Source of the DNA: Acidobacteriota bacterium
GTDB lineage: Bacteria; Acidobacteriota; UBA6911
Direction of reading: 5' to 3'
Assembly (NCBI GenBank): GCA_963664705.1
Contig: OY761556.1
Span: forward strand, 224,001 to 288,000
DNA: 64,000 nucleotides
Position 1 is the stretch's first letter; each line of letters starts with the position of its first letter. The notes beneath the pieces were generated by a model, which worked only from the letters and a program-made list of their open reading frames with translations, did no database searches and was not told the origin of the DNA. The translations under genes and the position numbers were made by a program. This document shows positions 29,801 through 40,220 of the stretch, one piece after another.

Positions 29801-30241
29801 CTAAAATCCCTGATTTGCCAATCGCTCACGCTCTTCAGCTGTGAGCGGATCATCGATCAAGTTCTTTCGGAATACCTCATCATTCCAAACTTCGAGGTGG
29901 TCGGTTTTTCCAATGACTACAACATCTCCTGAAATCCTGGCTGCCTCCCGGAGCAGTTGCGGTATCAAAATCCGGCCTTGGGGATCCATTTGCGTGACCA
30001 GTCCGTAGTAGCTTGTAATTCGCTGCAGCTTCTGCTTGGCCGGATCCATTCGCGGCGGTTCCTGGAGTTTCTGAGCCATCCGTTCCCAAACGGATATGGG
30101 GTAGATTTGAGCGCAGTGCCCGTCGTCGCTGGTCACATAATAGTTGTTGTCGTCTGTTTCGGGCAGATCTCGACGGAATTTCGCCGGCAATCTCAACCGG
30201 GATTTTTCGTCGATCTTAGCTAAATAACTGCCCAACAGCAT
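29801..30241 (-). CDS. mraZ: Division/cell wall cluster regulator MraZ
   Basis: IDEKSRLRLPAKFR and MDPQGRILIP repeats; HLEVWN. Confidence 0.95.
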   Translation of the reverse strand: MLLGSYLAKIDEKSRLRLPAKFRRDLPETDDNNYYVTSDDGHCAQIYPISVWERMAQKLQEPPRMDPAKQKLQRITSYYGLVTQMDPQGRILIPQLLREAARISGDVVVIGKTDHLEVWNDEVFRKNLIDDPLTAEERERLANQGF

Positions 30242-30310
30242 ATCAGACTCGCAACATGTCAGATGCCAATATTGTGAAATAGCTTTTCAGGGGAATGCGC
30301 TTCAAAGTGA

Positions 30311-30378
30311 TCCTCTGTCATCCACCTTGGACCACCTTTGACCACAAGACAATAAACCTATCGACAATTTGGTGTCAA
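30311..30378 (-). promoter_or_regulatory. dcw promoter with MraZ-binding direct repeats
   Basis: Minus strand TTGACA (30378-30373)-N18-TATTGT, followed by GTGGT/GTGGT/GTGGA/GAGGA at exact 10-bp spacing. Confidence 0.75.
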
Positions 30379-30680
30379 GTGAATAGTAATAATAATTGCT
30401 CAGTAAATGATAGAAATTCAGGGCTTTGGCGCCTTAGATCCAAATTTTTCGTGACGAGGAAGGCTGGTCGAACCTTCGCGGCTTGAGCCCCAATGATTGG
30501 AGGCTGCTCCAAAATTCTGCATTTTCCTCGATTTTTGGTGGTCGAAAGTGGTTGGAAATGCAAAAAACGTCCCAGATAGCGGGGATTGACCTTGCAAGGC
30601 CTTATGGGTAACCGGAAACGCGAAACGGGAACCTTCTTGTGGTAACATGTCACCCTTTAATAATAATAAGGATATACCTC

Positions 30681-31790
30681 ATGAAAGTCGGGATAGTCGG
30701 ATTGCCGCAGGTCGGAAAGACAACAATATTCAAGCTTCTTACCCAGGGACGCGTGGATACTTCGTCCTGGGGAAGCAGCCGGGAAGCTCATATTGGGATT
30801 GCACATGTGCCCGATGCTCGCGTGGATAAGCTGGCGGAGATCGTGAAACCGAAGAAGACAACCTATGCCACGGTCGAGTATGTCGATCTCCCTGGCCTGG
30901 CACGTGGTGAAGGCAAGGCGGCTTTGCAGGGGCAGGCGAAGGAGATGTCGACTTATCTGAATAGTCTGAAAAATATCGATACCCTTCTGCATGTAGTCCG
31001 AGCCTTTGACGATCCCAACCTGCCGCATGTCGAAGGATCGGTGGATCCGCTGAGAGACATCGGCGTATTTGAGCTCGAGATGATCTTCTCGGACCTGGCA
31101 ATTGTGGAAAAGAGACTGGAGCGTCTCGTCAAGGATTTGAAAAAAACCAAATCGACGGAACTGGAACTGGAGAATGAGGTACTGCTTCGCTTCAAGGCTG
31201 CATTGGAAAGTGAACAGCCGCTTCGCGAACTGGAATTGTCTCCGGAAGAGGAAAAGCGTGTTCGAGGGTTTACGTTTCTATCGGCCAAGCCGATTCTCCT
31301 GGTCCTTAACGTCGGGGAGCAGGATGCCTCCAAGCTCTCTAAGGTCGTAGAGGAATTCGGGCTTCAGCAGCAGGCATCAAGACGCAATGTGGCGATTACT
31401 TCCGTCAGCGGTAAAATCGAATCGGAAATTGCCACGTTGCCCGCTGAGGATGCGCGGATGTTTATGGATGACCTGGGAATTTCCGGCAGCGCCCTGGATC
31501 GAATCATCCAGAATTCCTATGATCTCTTGGGTGTGTTTTCCTTTTACACTGCCGGCGAGCCGGAGGTGAGAGCCTGGACCATTCCGCGCAATACGGCCGC
31601 TTCTCAGGCTGCAGGCGTCATCCACACCGACATTGAAAAGGGATTCATCAAAGCCGAGGTGGTGTCTTTCGAAGACATGATTGAACTGGGAACATTCCAG
31701 GCTGCAAAGAGCAAAGGTGTTCTGCGCCTGGAAGGCCGGGACTACAAGGTGCAGGAAGGGGATGTCATCCTCTTCCGCTTCAATTTGTAA
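30681..31790 (+). CDS. ychF: Redox-regulated ATPase YchF
   Basis: GIVGLPQVGKTT, VPDARVD, DLPGL, AAGVIHTD, EGRDYKVQEGDVILFRFN. Confidence 0.95.
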   Translation: MKVGIVGLPQVGKTTIFKLLTQGRVDTSSWGSSREAHIGIAHVPDARVDKLAEIVKPKKTTYATVEYVDLPGLARGEGKAALQGQAKEMSTYLNSLKNIDTLLHVVRAFDDPNLPHVEGSVDPLRDIGVFELEMIFSDLAIVEKRLERLVKDLKKTKSTELELENEVLLRFKAALESEQPLRELELSPEEEKRVRGFTFLSAKPILLVLNVGEQDASKLSKVVEEFGLQQQASRRNVAITSVSGKIESEIATLPAEDARMFMDDLGISGSALDRIIQNSYDLLGVFSFYTAGEPEVRAWTIPRNTAASQAAGVIHTDIEKGFIKAEVVSFEDMIELGTFQAAKSKGVLRLEGRDYKVQEGDVILFRFNL

Positions 31791-31838
31791 TAAAGGGGCG
31801 GTCGCAACTACTCCGAGTGCCTCGATCGGCTCGCGTAT

Positions 31839-34670
31839 ATGGATGGTGGTGACAGCCCTGTATCGCATATGGGAATCCCCTCAAGGCCGAGTTGTCGCAG
31901 ATTTTCATTGCAGTCCGGGTGCCGATGGATCCGGCATGTATTGCCGCTGGCTGCCTTGATTCTGCTGGGCATGACCACGGCGTTGTGCGCTCAGGCTCCG
32001 GATCCCTTGGAACCGGATTCTGCGTTGTTTGGGCGTGTCATTCGCAATCTCGACATTTCCTCGGATCTGCCGTTGGACCGTTCCCACTATGACCCTTACC
32101 TTGGGATCAAGCCTGGGGACATATTGACACGCACGGGCGTGAAGAAAGCCATTCAATCCCTGTATGAGTCCGGACGTTTTTCCCGCATCAGCGCGGATGC
32201 CTTCCCTGCCGGCGCTTCCGTCGATCTCTGTTTCAGAGTCCACCACAACTATTATTTCAACCGATTTCTTCTCGAGGGAGATTTTGATCTGAAGGACCGC
32301 TCGTTATGGGAACTCGTGTCCCTTCCAATCGGGCAGCGTTTTTCCAGGGAAACGCTGGAGGCTTCACGGCAGGAGGTTTTGAAGCTCCTGAAGGACAGGG
32401 GTTTTTATGGAGCCAGGGTTGGAACCAGGATCATTCCAGACGATCAGTCTCGGCAGGTGGATACCGTTTTTGAGTTGCATTCCGGTACTTTGGCGGTTAT
32501 CCGATCCATTCAATTCAAGGGAGTCACGGCAGGAGGATCCAGCGCATTGCAAAAGCAGCTCGGATTTCAGCCCGGCCGGATATTCGATCGAAGCCGCCTG
32601 GGAGCCCGGATGGAAGGCTTGCGTAGATATTTCATCCAGGAAGGATATCTCGCCGCCACGGCGCGGTTGGTGGAATCCTATGAGCCTCAGAAAAACACTG
32701 TTGATCTCATGCTGGAGGTGGCCGACTTTGGGAAAATGAAGGTCGCGGTAGAGGGATTTAAAATCGAGAAAGATCAATTGCGGCGGCTTCTCCCCGTTCT
32801 ATCGGGAGAGGGAATCAACCCGGATCTCCTGGATGAAGGGTTGAATAACCTGAAGGAGTATCTGGAAAGCAAAGGATATGCCGAAGCAGATGTTCGCATG
32901 ACTGAAACGGTGGACGAATCCGGAGTTCGTGTATTCCGTTATTCCATCTTTCCCAGTCGAAAATTTACGGTGGCCTATATTCATTTCCGTGGGAACAAAG
33001 TGTTTGGCGACCGGGAGTTGCTGGAGGCGCTTGAAATACAAACGGCATCTCCCTATAGCGTCAGCCGTCTGGATGCAGACGTTGATGTTTTGCAGAACCT
33101 GTATCGGGCTCGCGGGTATCTGGATGCCAGCGTTGTTCCATTGGTTGAGCAGGGGAAGGATGCAAAGGAGATCGGGATCGTCTATCTTTGCGAAGAGGGT
33201 TCAGAAGCTCACCTGCTGTCTCTGGATATCAAAGGAAACGAGGCTCTTTCCACTCCCAAACTGTTGTCTCGGATCAGCCTGTCGCCCGGGAGTCCCTATT
33301 CGCCGTCCATGGTTGAGCAGGATCGGCAGACAATTCTGGCCGCCTATAATGATCTGGGCTATCTTCAGGCACAGGTGGTTGTGCATGTCGGGCAGCCGGA
33401 GAATCATAATTCCTATCCCATATCTATAGAGATCAGCGAGGGCAGGCAGTCTCTCGTGGACCGCGTCTTTGTTTTCGGCAACGATAAGACCAAAGCTTCT
33501 CTCATCTCCAGACAGATCAAACTAAAGGAAGAGGATCCGCTGAGCCTTGGGAAACTGCTGCAGACGCAGCAATCTCTTTACGGGATCGGCGTTTTTGATC
33601 AGGTTCGCGTGACTGCCCAGAATGCCGATAGCCCTGCTCCCTACAAGGATGTCGTCATCAGACTCCAGGAATCAAAGCGCTTCACGATCCGGTATGGTCT
33701 GGGCTACCAGGAAAGGGAAAAGCTGCGCGGAACACTTGAGTTCTCAGACCTGAACATTTTCGGTTTTGGGCGGCGCGCCGACATCCGACTTCGAGGAAGC
33801 AGTATTGAGCAGCAGGCTCTGTTCACTCTGCGCAAGCCGCAATTTCACGCCATCCCGGTGGACTCCAATTTTACCTTCTCGGTGCTTCGGAAAAAGGAGG
33901 TCAGCTTTGATACGCGCAAAATAAACCTGGCCTATCAATTCAGCCACCCGTTCGGGACACACAGCTGGGGAATGCTTCGTTACAATTTCAAATATGTGAA
34001 GGTTTCCTCGACATCGCTTTCTCTCTCCGAACTGGGTCGAGAAGATCAGCCTGTGAATCTGTCGACTTTCTCCGCCGCCTTTATTAATGATACGAGGGAT
34101 GATTACCTGGATCCGACAAAGGGATTTTTCTCTTCAACCGATTTCGGTTTTACCCCCGAACTGTGGGGCAGCAACAAATACATATCTTTCTTTACGCAAA
34201 ACAGCTATTACCGCAAGCTGCCGCTGTCGCTCCAGTTTGCCTCTTCGCTGCGTTTTGGCGCAGCGCACCCTTTGAGCGGCTACCCGGATCTTCCAATCAG
34301 CGAAAGATTTTTTGCCGGTGGATCCTCCAGCTTACGAGGGTTCGAAACTGATTATGCCGGTCCTTTGGATGCCGTTTCCAATAAACCGGTCGGAGGGAAT
34401 GGCCTGGTTGTAGGATCCGTGGAATTAAGGGTTCCTGTCTTTCGATTCATACATTTCGCAGGATTCTATGATACGGGCAATGTATTTCGCACGGTGAGCG
34501 ATATCAGTCTGTCGGGGTTCAGTCATACGCTTGGCGGCGGATTAAGGATCAAAACTCCTTTCGGGCCGCTGCGAGCGGATTATGGCTACAACGTGGATCT
34601 GTCGCCGGACCTTCGGCATCGTGGACTGACTCCCGGCCATTTTTTCATTACAATCGGGCCTCCGTTCTAG
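31839..34670 (+). CDS. Omp85 (BamA/TamA-like) protein with multiple POTRA domains
   Basis: Repeated POTRA units, ERFFAGGSSSLRGF, TPFGPLRADYG, terminal F; start uncertain. Confidence 0.88.
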   Translation: MDGGDSPVSHMGIPSRPSCRRFSLQSGCRWIRHVLPLAALILLGMTTALCAQAPDPLEPDSALFGRVIRNLDISSDLPLDRSHYDPYLGIKPGDILTRTGVKKAIQSLYESGRFSRISADAFPAGASVDLCFRVHHNYYFNRFLLEGDFDLKDRSLWELVSLPIGQRFSRETLEASRQEVLKLLKDRGFYGARVGTRIIPDDQSRQVDTVFELHSGTLAVIRSIQFKGVTAGGSSALQKQLGFQPGRIFDRSRLGARMEGLRRYFIQEGYLAATARLVESYEPQKNTVDLMLEVADFGKMKVAVEGFKIEKDQLRRLLPVLSGEGINPDLLDEGLNNLKEYLESKGYAEADVRMTETVDESGVRVFRYSIFPSRKFTVAYIHFRGNKVFGDRELLEALEIQTASPYSVSRLDADVDVLQNLYRARGYLDASVVPLVEQGKDAKEIGIVYLCEEGSEAHLLSLDIKGNEALSTPKLLSRISLSPGSPYSPSMVEQDRQTILAAYNDLGYLQAQVVVHVGQPENHNSYPISIEISEGRQSLVDRVFVFGNDKTKASLISRQIKLKEEDPLSLGKLLQTQQSLYGIGVFDQVRVTAQNADSPAPYKDVVIRLQESKRFTIRYGLGYQEREKLRGTLEFSDLNIFGFGRRADIRLRGSSIEQQALFTLRKPQFHAIPVDSNFTFSVLRKKEVSFDTRKINLAYQFSHPFGTHSWGMLRYNFKYVKVSSTSLSLSELGREDQPVNLSTFSAAFINDTRDDYLDPTKGFFSSTDFGFTPELWGSNKYISFFTQNSYYRKLPLSLQFASSLRFGAAHPLSGYPDLPISERFFAGGSSSLRGFETDYAGPLDAVSNKPVGGNGLVVGSVELRVPVFRFIHFAGFYDTGNVFRTVSDISLSGFSHTLGGGLRIKTPFGPLRADYGYNVDLSPDLRHRGLTPGHFFITIGPPF

Positions 34671-34672
34671 CT

Positions 34673-35383
34673 ATGAACAGAAACGCTTTCAAACGAATTC
34701 GAGTCTGTTGGAATTGCAGGGCCCGCCGCCTGACGATTCCGATATTGTTCTCCCTCCTGGCGCTGAATTCCATTTTTGCCTCTTTGGCACGAGCCGGCGA
34801 AGTGGATCGTTTGATTGCGGCTGTAAATGGGAATGTGATCACCGAAGGAGATTTGAATCTTTCGCGCGGCGTGAACACTATTATCATATCCGACAAAGCG
34901 GTCGCCCCGAAATCGCGGGCAGAGGAAATAGAACGCCTGGTCGACCTCGAATTGATGCGGCAGGAACTGCAAAATTTCTCAATGACGCAGGAGGATGAAA
35001 GCAGGGTTCAGGCGCGCCTGCAATCGCTGCGCAATACCTATGCGGAAAAGGGGGGACTCCCGTTGCTCCTGAAACAGTTGGGGCTCCAGGAATCGGAGTT
35101 GGTGACCTACTTGCGACTCGAGTCTTCCATTATGCGTTTTGTGGATTTCAGATTCCGTCCGTTTGCCGGCGTGTCGGAAACTGAAATTAAGAACTATTAC
35201 GACTCGAGGCTGACTCCTCAGCTGCAAAAGGCAAAACTGGCTCTGCCACCGCTTCCGCAGGTCTCCGTTCGAATCGAGGAGATACTTCGCGAAGAGAAGA
35301 TCAATGCGGTGCTGGATCAATGGATTAAGGAAATACGCCGCGTCTCTCGAATTGAATATTTTGTCGGCGACCCTGATTTATAG
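34673..35383 (+). CDS. SurA N-terminal-domain-like periplasmic chaperone
   Basis: VDRLIAAVNGNVITEGDL...WIKEIRRVSRIE; no PPIase domain evident. Confidence 0.7.
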   Translation: MNRNAFKRIRVCWNCRARRLTIPILFSLLALNSIFASLARAGEVDRLIAAVNGNVITEGDLNLSRGVNTIIISDKAVAPKSRAEEIERLVDLELMRQELQNFSMTQEDESRVQARLQSLRNTYAEKGGLPLLLKQLGLQESELVTYLRLESSIMRFVDFRFRPFAGVSETEIKNYYDSRLTPQLQKAKLALPPLPQVSVRIEEILREEKINAVLDQWIKEIRRVSRIEYFVGDPDL

Positions 35384-35487
35384 GTTGCAGTCGTGTTTGT
35401 GCGAGGGACGAAAGCGGAATTGTAAATCAGCGAAAATAGAGGCACAGGAATGGGGCTGCGGCATTAATGCCGCGCTGCAGGAAGATA

Positions 35488-38400
35488 ATGAAAATTGTCC
35501 GGAAATCCCTAATTATTGCGATACCGCTGCTGTCGATGATCGCCGGTGCGATTTTGGGCGCGCGGTACCTGCAATCGGACCGGTTTCAGGAATATGTCCG
35601 GTCCACGCTGATTTCCAAGCTCGAAAACGCCACGGGCCTGGACTGTAAAATCAACAGTCTTCAGGTCGATGTCCTTCGCGGCAAGTTCGTGATGCGTGGA
35701 ATAGAATTATCGCAGCGGAAGGCGGCAACCGGGCTTGTGCACATGACCGTTCCTCAGATCAGCGCATCGCTCAGTATTTCCTCCGTCTGGCATCTTCGGG
35801 TTCGACTGCATGAATTGCGCATTGTCCGGCCGCGCTTGGAACTCGTTTCAGGAAATGGTGAATCTTCCTGGAGCCCTGAGGAAATTCTGCAGGATCTGAA
35901 GATCTCCTTGCGCCTGGAAGCGGCCAAAGTGAGTGTTGAGGATGGCTGGATCAGGCTCAATAGGAATACCGCTCCATTCAACGTGTCGATCGATGACTTT
36001 GACCTGGGTGTAAGTTATGAGAAAAAACTTCCCAGCTATCGCGTTCGACTTGTGTATGCGCGCAGCAGGCTTTTCTGGGAGAACCGTGACATCGTTCATG
36101 GGCTGGAACTGAATGCGCATGTTTCACTGGATGGGATCACGATTGAGTCGCTTCGGTTTCGGCGATCGGGAGTGGGGATGAACACGATCCTATCCGGATC
36201 CGGTTCGTTCATGAACTGGAAATCTCCTGCATTCCGTCTGCATCTCACCGGCACCCTGGATGCCAGAGATCTGGCTCTTACCACGCCGACGTTGTATGAG
36301 GGCAAGGGGAATATTGAAGTCATTGCGGATCTGCAAAGCGACCGGAATGGCATTTTTTCGAAGGGTAAATTCTCCGCCAAAGCCGGATCCTATCGCAAAA
36401 TGGGTTTCAGGAATCTTGCCGGGATATTCGAGATTCAAAACGATGTGCTTCACTTGCGCAATTCCACCGCAAGAATTGGGGATGGAACGGTTCTGGCAAA
36501 CGCGGAGATTCAACTGGTCGGTTCAAGCAAAGAGCCGAATCGCGTAACCATCTCGGCCAGGAATGTGCCCGTTGTCGAAGTCGGGCGGTTACTGAATTTG
36601 CCATTGCTGACTTTTGAGAACGGTGCCGATTCCAGCACGCTTCTCACCTGGCATAGCCAGGGAGAATTGCGCGCGGATTGCGACGTGACGCTCCATCGCG
36701 CCGCAAGGCAGAACTGGACCTCGACACAAAGCACACCCCTGGATGGCAACGTCCGGTTTACCTATTTCGAATCTGGCACATTGATCCTGCAGTCCGCAAA
36801 CCTCTCTTCTCCATCCACCTCTTTTCAGGCTTCCGTGGGACAGGGCCCGCAGTTTCATGTACAACTGTCGACGACACGCATCGCGGAGCCGTTCGACCTG
36901 ATCGCAAATTTTTCTGAGGCCGTTGTGGCTTTCATTAAGCGGATACCGGATGTCCGGGAGATGGAAGGCAGTTTTGCCTTTAACGGGGATGTCCGGATCC
37001 AGTCGTCTTCCGATGTTGAATATAAAGGGAGCGCCACTGCCAGGAATGGCAAGTGGAGGTCGTACCGCGTCGAAACTCTCACCATGGAAGCACTGTTTCG
37101 TCCGCCATTGCTGGAATTGCGTCCGATTTCCCTGCACAGCGGATCGCAGTTGGTTGATGGTGCGCTGGATCTGGATCTGGGCGATGGTGAACGGATCTCC
37201 AGTTTCGGGTTCAAAGGGAACATTCATCAGCTGGGGATTGCGTCTCTCAAGGATTTCGGCGTGGATGTTTCCCATTTGTCCGGGCTGTTGAGCGGCAGCG
37301 GTTCCATTCGGTTTGCGCACGATGCCTGGCAGGGTGACGGGCAGTTTTTCATCGAAAAGGGGAGCTATCAGAGTGAGCCCTTCGATAGGGTACGCATGCA
37401 TTTGTCCCTTGATAACCAAAGGCTGCGCATCCTGAATTCCGAAGTGCTGCGGGATGGCGCACGATTGAGCGCCGAGGGCCAGTTGGATCTGGCGTCCAGA
37501 AAAATCGATGGATCTGCGCAGCTTCAGGGATTGTCGCTCGAGGAAATTCCGGCCGTTAAAAAGCGCGGGGGGACGGTTCGCGGTCGGATTGGGGGGGGCG
37601 GCACCATTGGCGGAACGATGGACAGTCCCGCATTTTCAGGGGATTTCGAACTGGCGTCGCTCCGGTACGGAACATTGAATATCGGGAACGGAAAAGGCCA
37701 CGTCGATTTCAAAGATGGCTCCGTCCGTGCGAATGCCCGAATCAAGTCCGAACTTGGGAACCTTGGCTTTCAGACTGAAATAGCGGTCCGGTCGGGATAT
37801 CCGGGTAAAACGGCTATGGAATTTGAGCATCTCGATATCCAGAAGATTATCTCGGAGAAGCCGCCGGCATATCTTCAGGACATTAGCACCGCACTGGAGG
37901 GAAAGCTGGAGGCCGAGGGTAATTTTGAGGATCTTGCTTCGCTCCGAATTCGTGGTGAAGTGGATGGTGCCCATTTCAAGATCCACGATCACGAGGTGCA
38001 CAACGACGGTCGCATGCGATTCACCATCGTCAATCAGGACCTTCGGATTGAAAGCGTACGATTTGTCGGAGAAGGGTCCAATATCTCATTGAGCGGAACT
38101 ATCCCGTTGAATGATGGCCCATCCTTGGATCTCAATTTTAATGGGAATCTCAACCTGGAACTGTTGGAAGGATTCGAAAAGAAACTTCGTTCGGAGGGGA
38201 GTGCGACGCTCAGCATTCGCGCCAGCGGCAGAAAAAGCGAGCCCCAGATCATTGGGCAGGCATCGTTCCGTGATGCAAAGATCGATCATGAGGCGCTCCC
38301 CTTCCGGCTTTCTTCCATGCAGGGAGATATCGTTTTTTCCCGCAATCTTATCCGTTTCGAAAATGTGCGTGGCAGCGCCGCATCCGGTTCAATTCAGATC

Positions 38401-39426
38401 TCCGGCACGATCGAGCATCGGAATGCTGTCTTGCGATCGATCAATCTGGCGATTGCCATGCGAAATGCCCGCCTGCCCTATCCGAAGGATTTCAGATCCG
38501 TCGGGAATGCCGATTTAGTCTTGAGCGGCACTGCGGACTCTCAGATGCTTTCGGGAGAGATTGACTTGACCCGTATCGAGTATGTGCGGAGCTTCAACCT
38601 TTTGGAACAGCTTGCCAGCCGCAGCCCCGTTCAAACCGGCCCGCTCACCACAGAACCCTATTTGCTGGGGTTGCGTTTGAATATCGAAATCCGCTCAAAC
38701 AACGGGCTTTCCATCGACAATGAGCTTACCCGGCTGCGCGGGAGCATGCGGCTGATGCTCAGAGGCACGCCCGCATATCCTTCGCTTACCGGGCATGTGG
38801 AAGCCGGGGAGGGAATGATTTTCTTCCGGGGCAGCCGTTTTGAGATTTCCCATGCCGCCGCCGATTTTGTCGATCGAAACCGTATCAACCCGGTGCTGGA
38901 GATTCGGGCCGAAGCGGATGTAAAAACCTATCGCCTGATTCTCGACGCGGTTGGGGATTTGGAACACCTGAATCTGAATATTAGTTCTGATCCGCCAATG
39001 TCAACCGTCGATATTCTATCGCTGCTGACAACGGGCAAAACCGAGACCGCGGGAACCACGTCAACGGGGACCGGGACTGTGACGTCGCAGCGCGAATCTC
39101 AGATGGCCGGGATGAGTGCGGCAAGCGTGCTTTCGGAGAACCTCACCGGCGTGCTAGGCAAGCGAGTCCAGCGCATATTTGGTCTCGAAAGTTTCCGGGT
39201 TGATCCCTTCCTTGCGGGGGCCGAGAACGATCCGACCGCTCGCATTACAATCAGCGAACGCCTTTCCAAAGACCTGGTTGTTACTTTTTCGAGAAATCTG
39301 ACCACAAACCAGGAACAGATCGTGGTCATCGAGTATGACGTCGGGAAGAATGTATCCGTCGTGGCTACTCGGGATGAGGATGGGAAATTTGGATTGGATT
39401 TCCGCTTTCGCAAACGGCTCCGGTGA
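35488..39426 (+). CDS. Translocation/assembly module TamB (AsmA-like) protein
   Basis: N-terminal anchor, long beta-taco repeats, C-terminal RGTPAYPSLTG...SSDPPMS...FGLDFRFRKR. Confidence 0.88.
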   Translation: MKIVRKSLIIAIPLLSMIAGAILGARYLQSDRFQEYVRSTLISKLENATGLDCKINSLQVDVLRGKFVMRGIELSQRKAATGLVHMTVPQISASLSISSVWHLRVRLHELRIVRPRLELVSGNGESSWSPEEILQDLKISLRLEAAKVSVEDGWIRLNRNTAPFNVSIDDFDLGVSYEKKLPSYRVRLVYARSRLFWENRDIVHGLELNAHVSLDGITIESLRFRRSGVGMNTILSGSGSFMNWKSPAFRLHLTGTLDARDLALTTPTLYEGKGNIEVIADLQSDRNGIFSKGKFSAKAGSYRKMGFRNLAGIFEIQNDVLHLRNSTARIGDGTVLANAEIQLVGSSKEPNRVTISARNVPVVEVGRLLNLPLLTFENGADSSTLLTWHSQGELRADCDVTLHRAARQNWTSTQSTPLDGNVRFTYFESGTLILQSANLSSPSTSFQASVGQGPQFHVQLSTTRIAEPFDLIANFSEAVVAFIKRIPDVREMEGSFAFNGDVRIQSSSDVEYKGSATARNGKWRSYRVETLTMEALFRPPLLELRPISLHSGSQLVDGALDLDLGDGERISSFGFKGNIHQLGIASLKDFGVDVSHLSGLLSGSGSIRFAHDAWQGDGQFFIEKGSYQSEPFDRVRMHLSLDNQRLRILNSEVLRDGARLSAEGQLDLASRKIDGSAQLQGLSLEEIPAVKKRGGTVRGRIGGGGTIGGTMDSPAFSGDFELASLRYGTLNIGNGKGHVDFKDGSVRANARIKSELGNLGFQTEIAVRSGYPGKTAMEFEHLDIQKIISEKPPAYLQDISTALEGKLEAEGNFEDLASLRIRGEVDGAHFKIHDHEVHNDGRMRFTIVNQDLRIESVRFVGEGSNISLSGTIPLNDGPSLDLNFNGNLNLELLEGFEKKLRSEGSATLSIRASGRKSEPQIIGQASFRDAKIDHEALPFRLSSMQGDIVFSRNLIRFENVRGSAASGSIQISGTIEHRNAVLRSINLAIAMRNARLPYPKDFRSVGNADLVLSGTADSQMLSGEIDLTRIEYVRSFNLLEQLASRSPVQTGPLTTEPYLLGLRLNIEIRSNNGLSIDNELTRLRGSMRLMLRGTPAYPSLTGHVEAGEGMIFFRGSRFEISHAAADFVDRNRINPVLEIRAEADVKTYRLILDAVGDLEHLNLNISSDPPMSTVDILSLLTTGKTETAGTTSTGTGTVTSQRESQMAGMSAASVLSENLTGVLGKRVQRIFGLESFRVDPFLAGAENDPTARITISERLSKDLVVTFSRNLTTNQEQIVVIEYDVGKNVSVVATRDEDGKFGLDFRFRKRLR

Positions 39427-39545
39427 AAAGAAATGGGCTTGCCTGCTGGTTCGCTGCGATGAAGGAGTTCTCAAAAACTTTAAATATCAACAATTGAAGC
39501 CATTTTGGTCTATAATCCTTAAAAGCAGGTAATGGAGGGTATCGA

Positions 39546-40220
39546 ATGAATATTCTCGTCATCGAAGATGAAGCCAAAGTGGCTAGCTTTATCAAAAAGG
39601 GATTGATGCAGTCGGGATATGAAATTGATGTGGCCGTCGATGGCGAGGAAGGCTACGAAAAAATTCAAACCAACAACTATGATGTCGTTTTGTTGGATCT
39701 GATGCTTCCGAAGATCCAGGGTTTGGACCTTATTCCCAAGATACGCGAATGTAAACCCGGCGTTCCCATCATTGCCGTGACCGCAAAGGGCTCGGTAGAG
39801 GACCGTGTGCAGGGATTGAATCTTGGATGTGATGATTATTTGACCAAGCCATTTTCCTTTGCAGAGCTTTTGGCCCGGATTCAGGTACAGATGCGCCGTG
39901 GAGATCCATCTGCCTCGTTGGAGCTGCGCGCGGCTGATCTGGTGCTCAGCCCTTTGAAGCGTAAGGTTACGAGGGGTGGTAAGGCGATCGAATTATCCAA
40001 TAAGGAATTTGCTCTACTTGAATACCTGCTTAGAAACAAAGATCAGATTGTGACGCGGAATATGATCGTCGAGCATGTATGGGATGCGAGTTTCGACAAT
40101 TTTACCAATGTGGTAGATGTGTACATCAATTACTTGCGGAACAAGATCGATCGTGACTTTGAACCTCGCTTAATCCAGACTGTCCGGGGTGTCGGCTATT
40201 CACTTCGCGAAAAACAGTGA
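39546..40220 (+). CDS. OmpR-family response regulator (CusR/CzcR-like)
   Basis: ILVIEDE, LLDLMLP, GCDDYLTKPF, NVVDVYINYLRNKID, TVRGVGY. Confidence 0.95.
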   Translation: MNILVIEDEAKVASFIKKGLMQSGYEIDVAVDGEEGYEKIQTNNYDVVLLDLMLPKIQGLDLIPKIRECKPGVPIIAVTAKGSVEDRVQGLNLGCDDYLTKPFSFAELLARIQVQMRRGDPSASLELRAADLVLSPLKRKVTRGGKAIELSNKEFALLEYLLRNKDQIVTRNMIVEHVWDASFDNFTNVVDVYINYLRNKIDRDFEPRLIQTVRGVGYSLREKQ

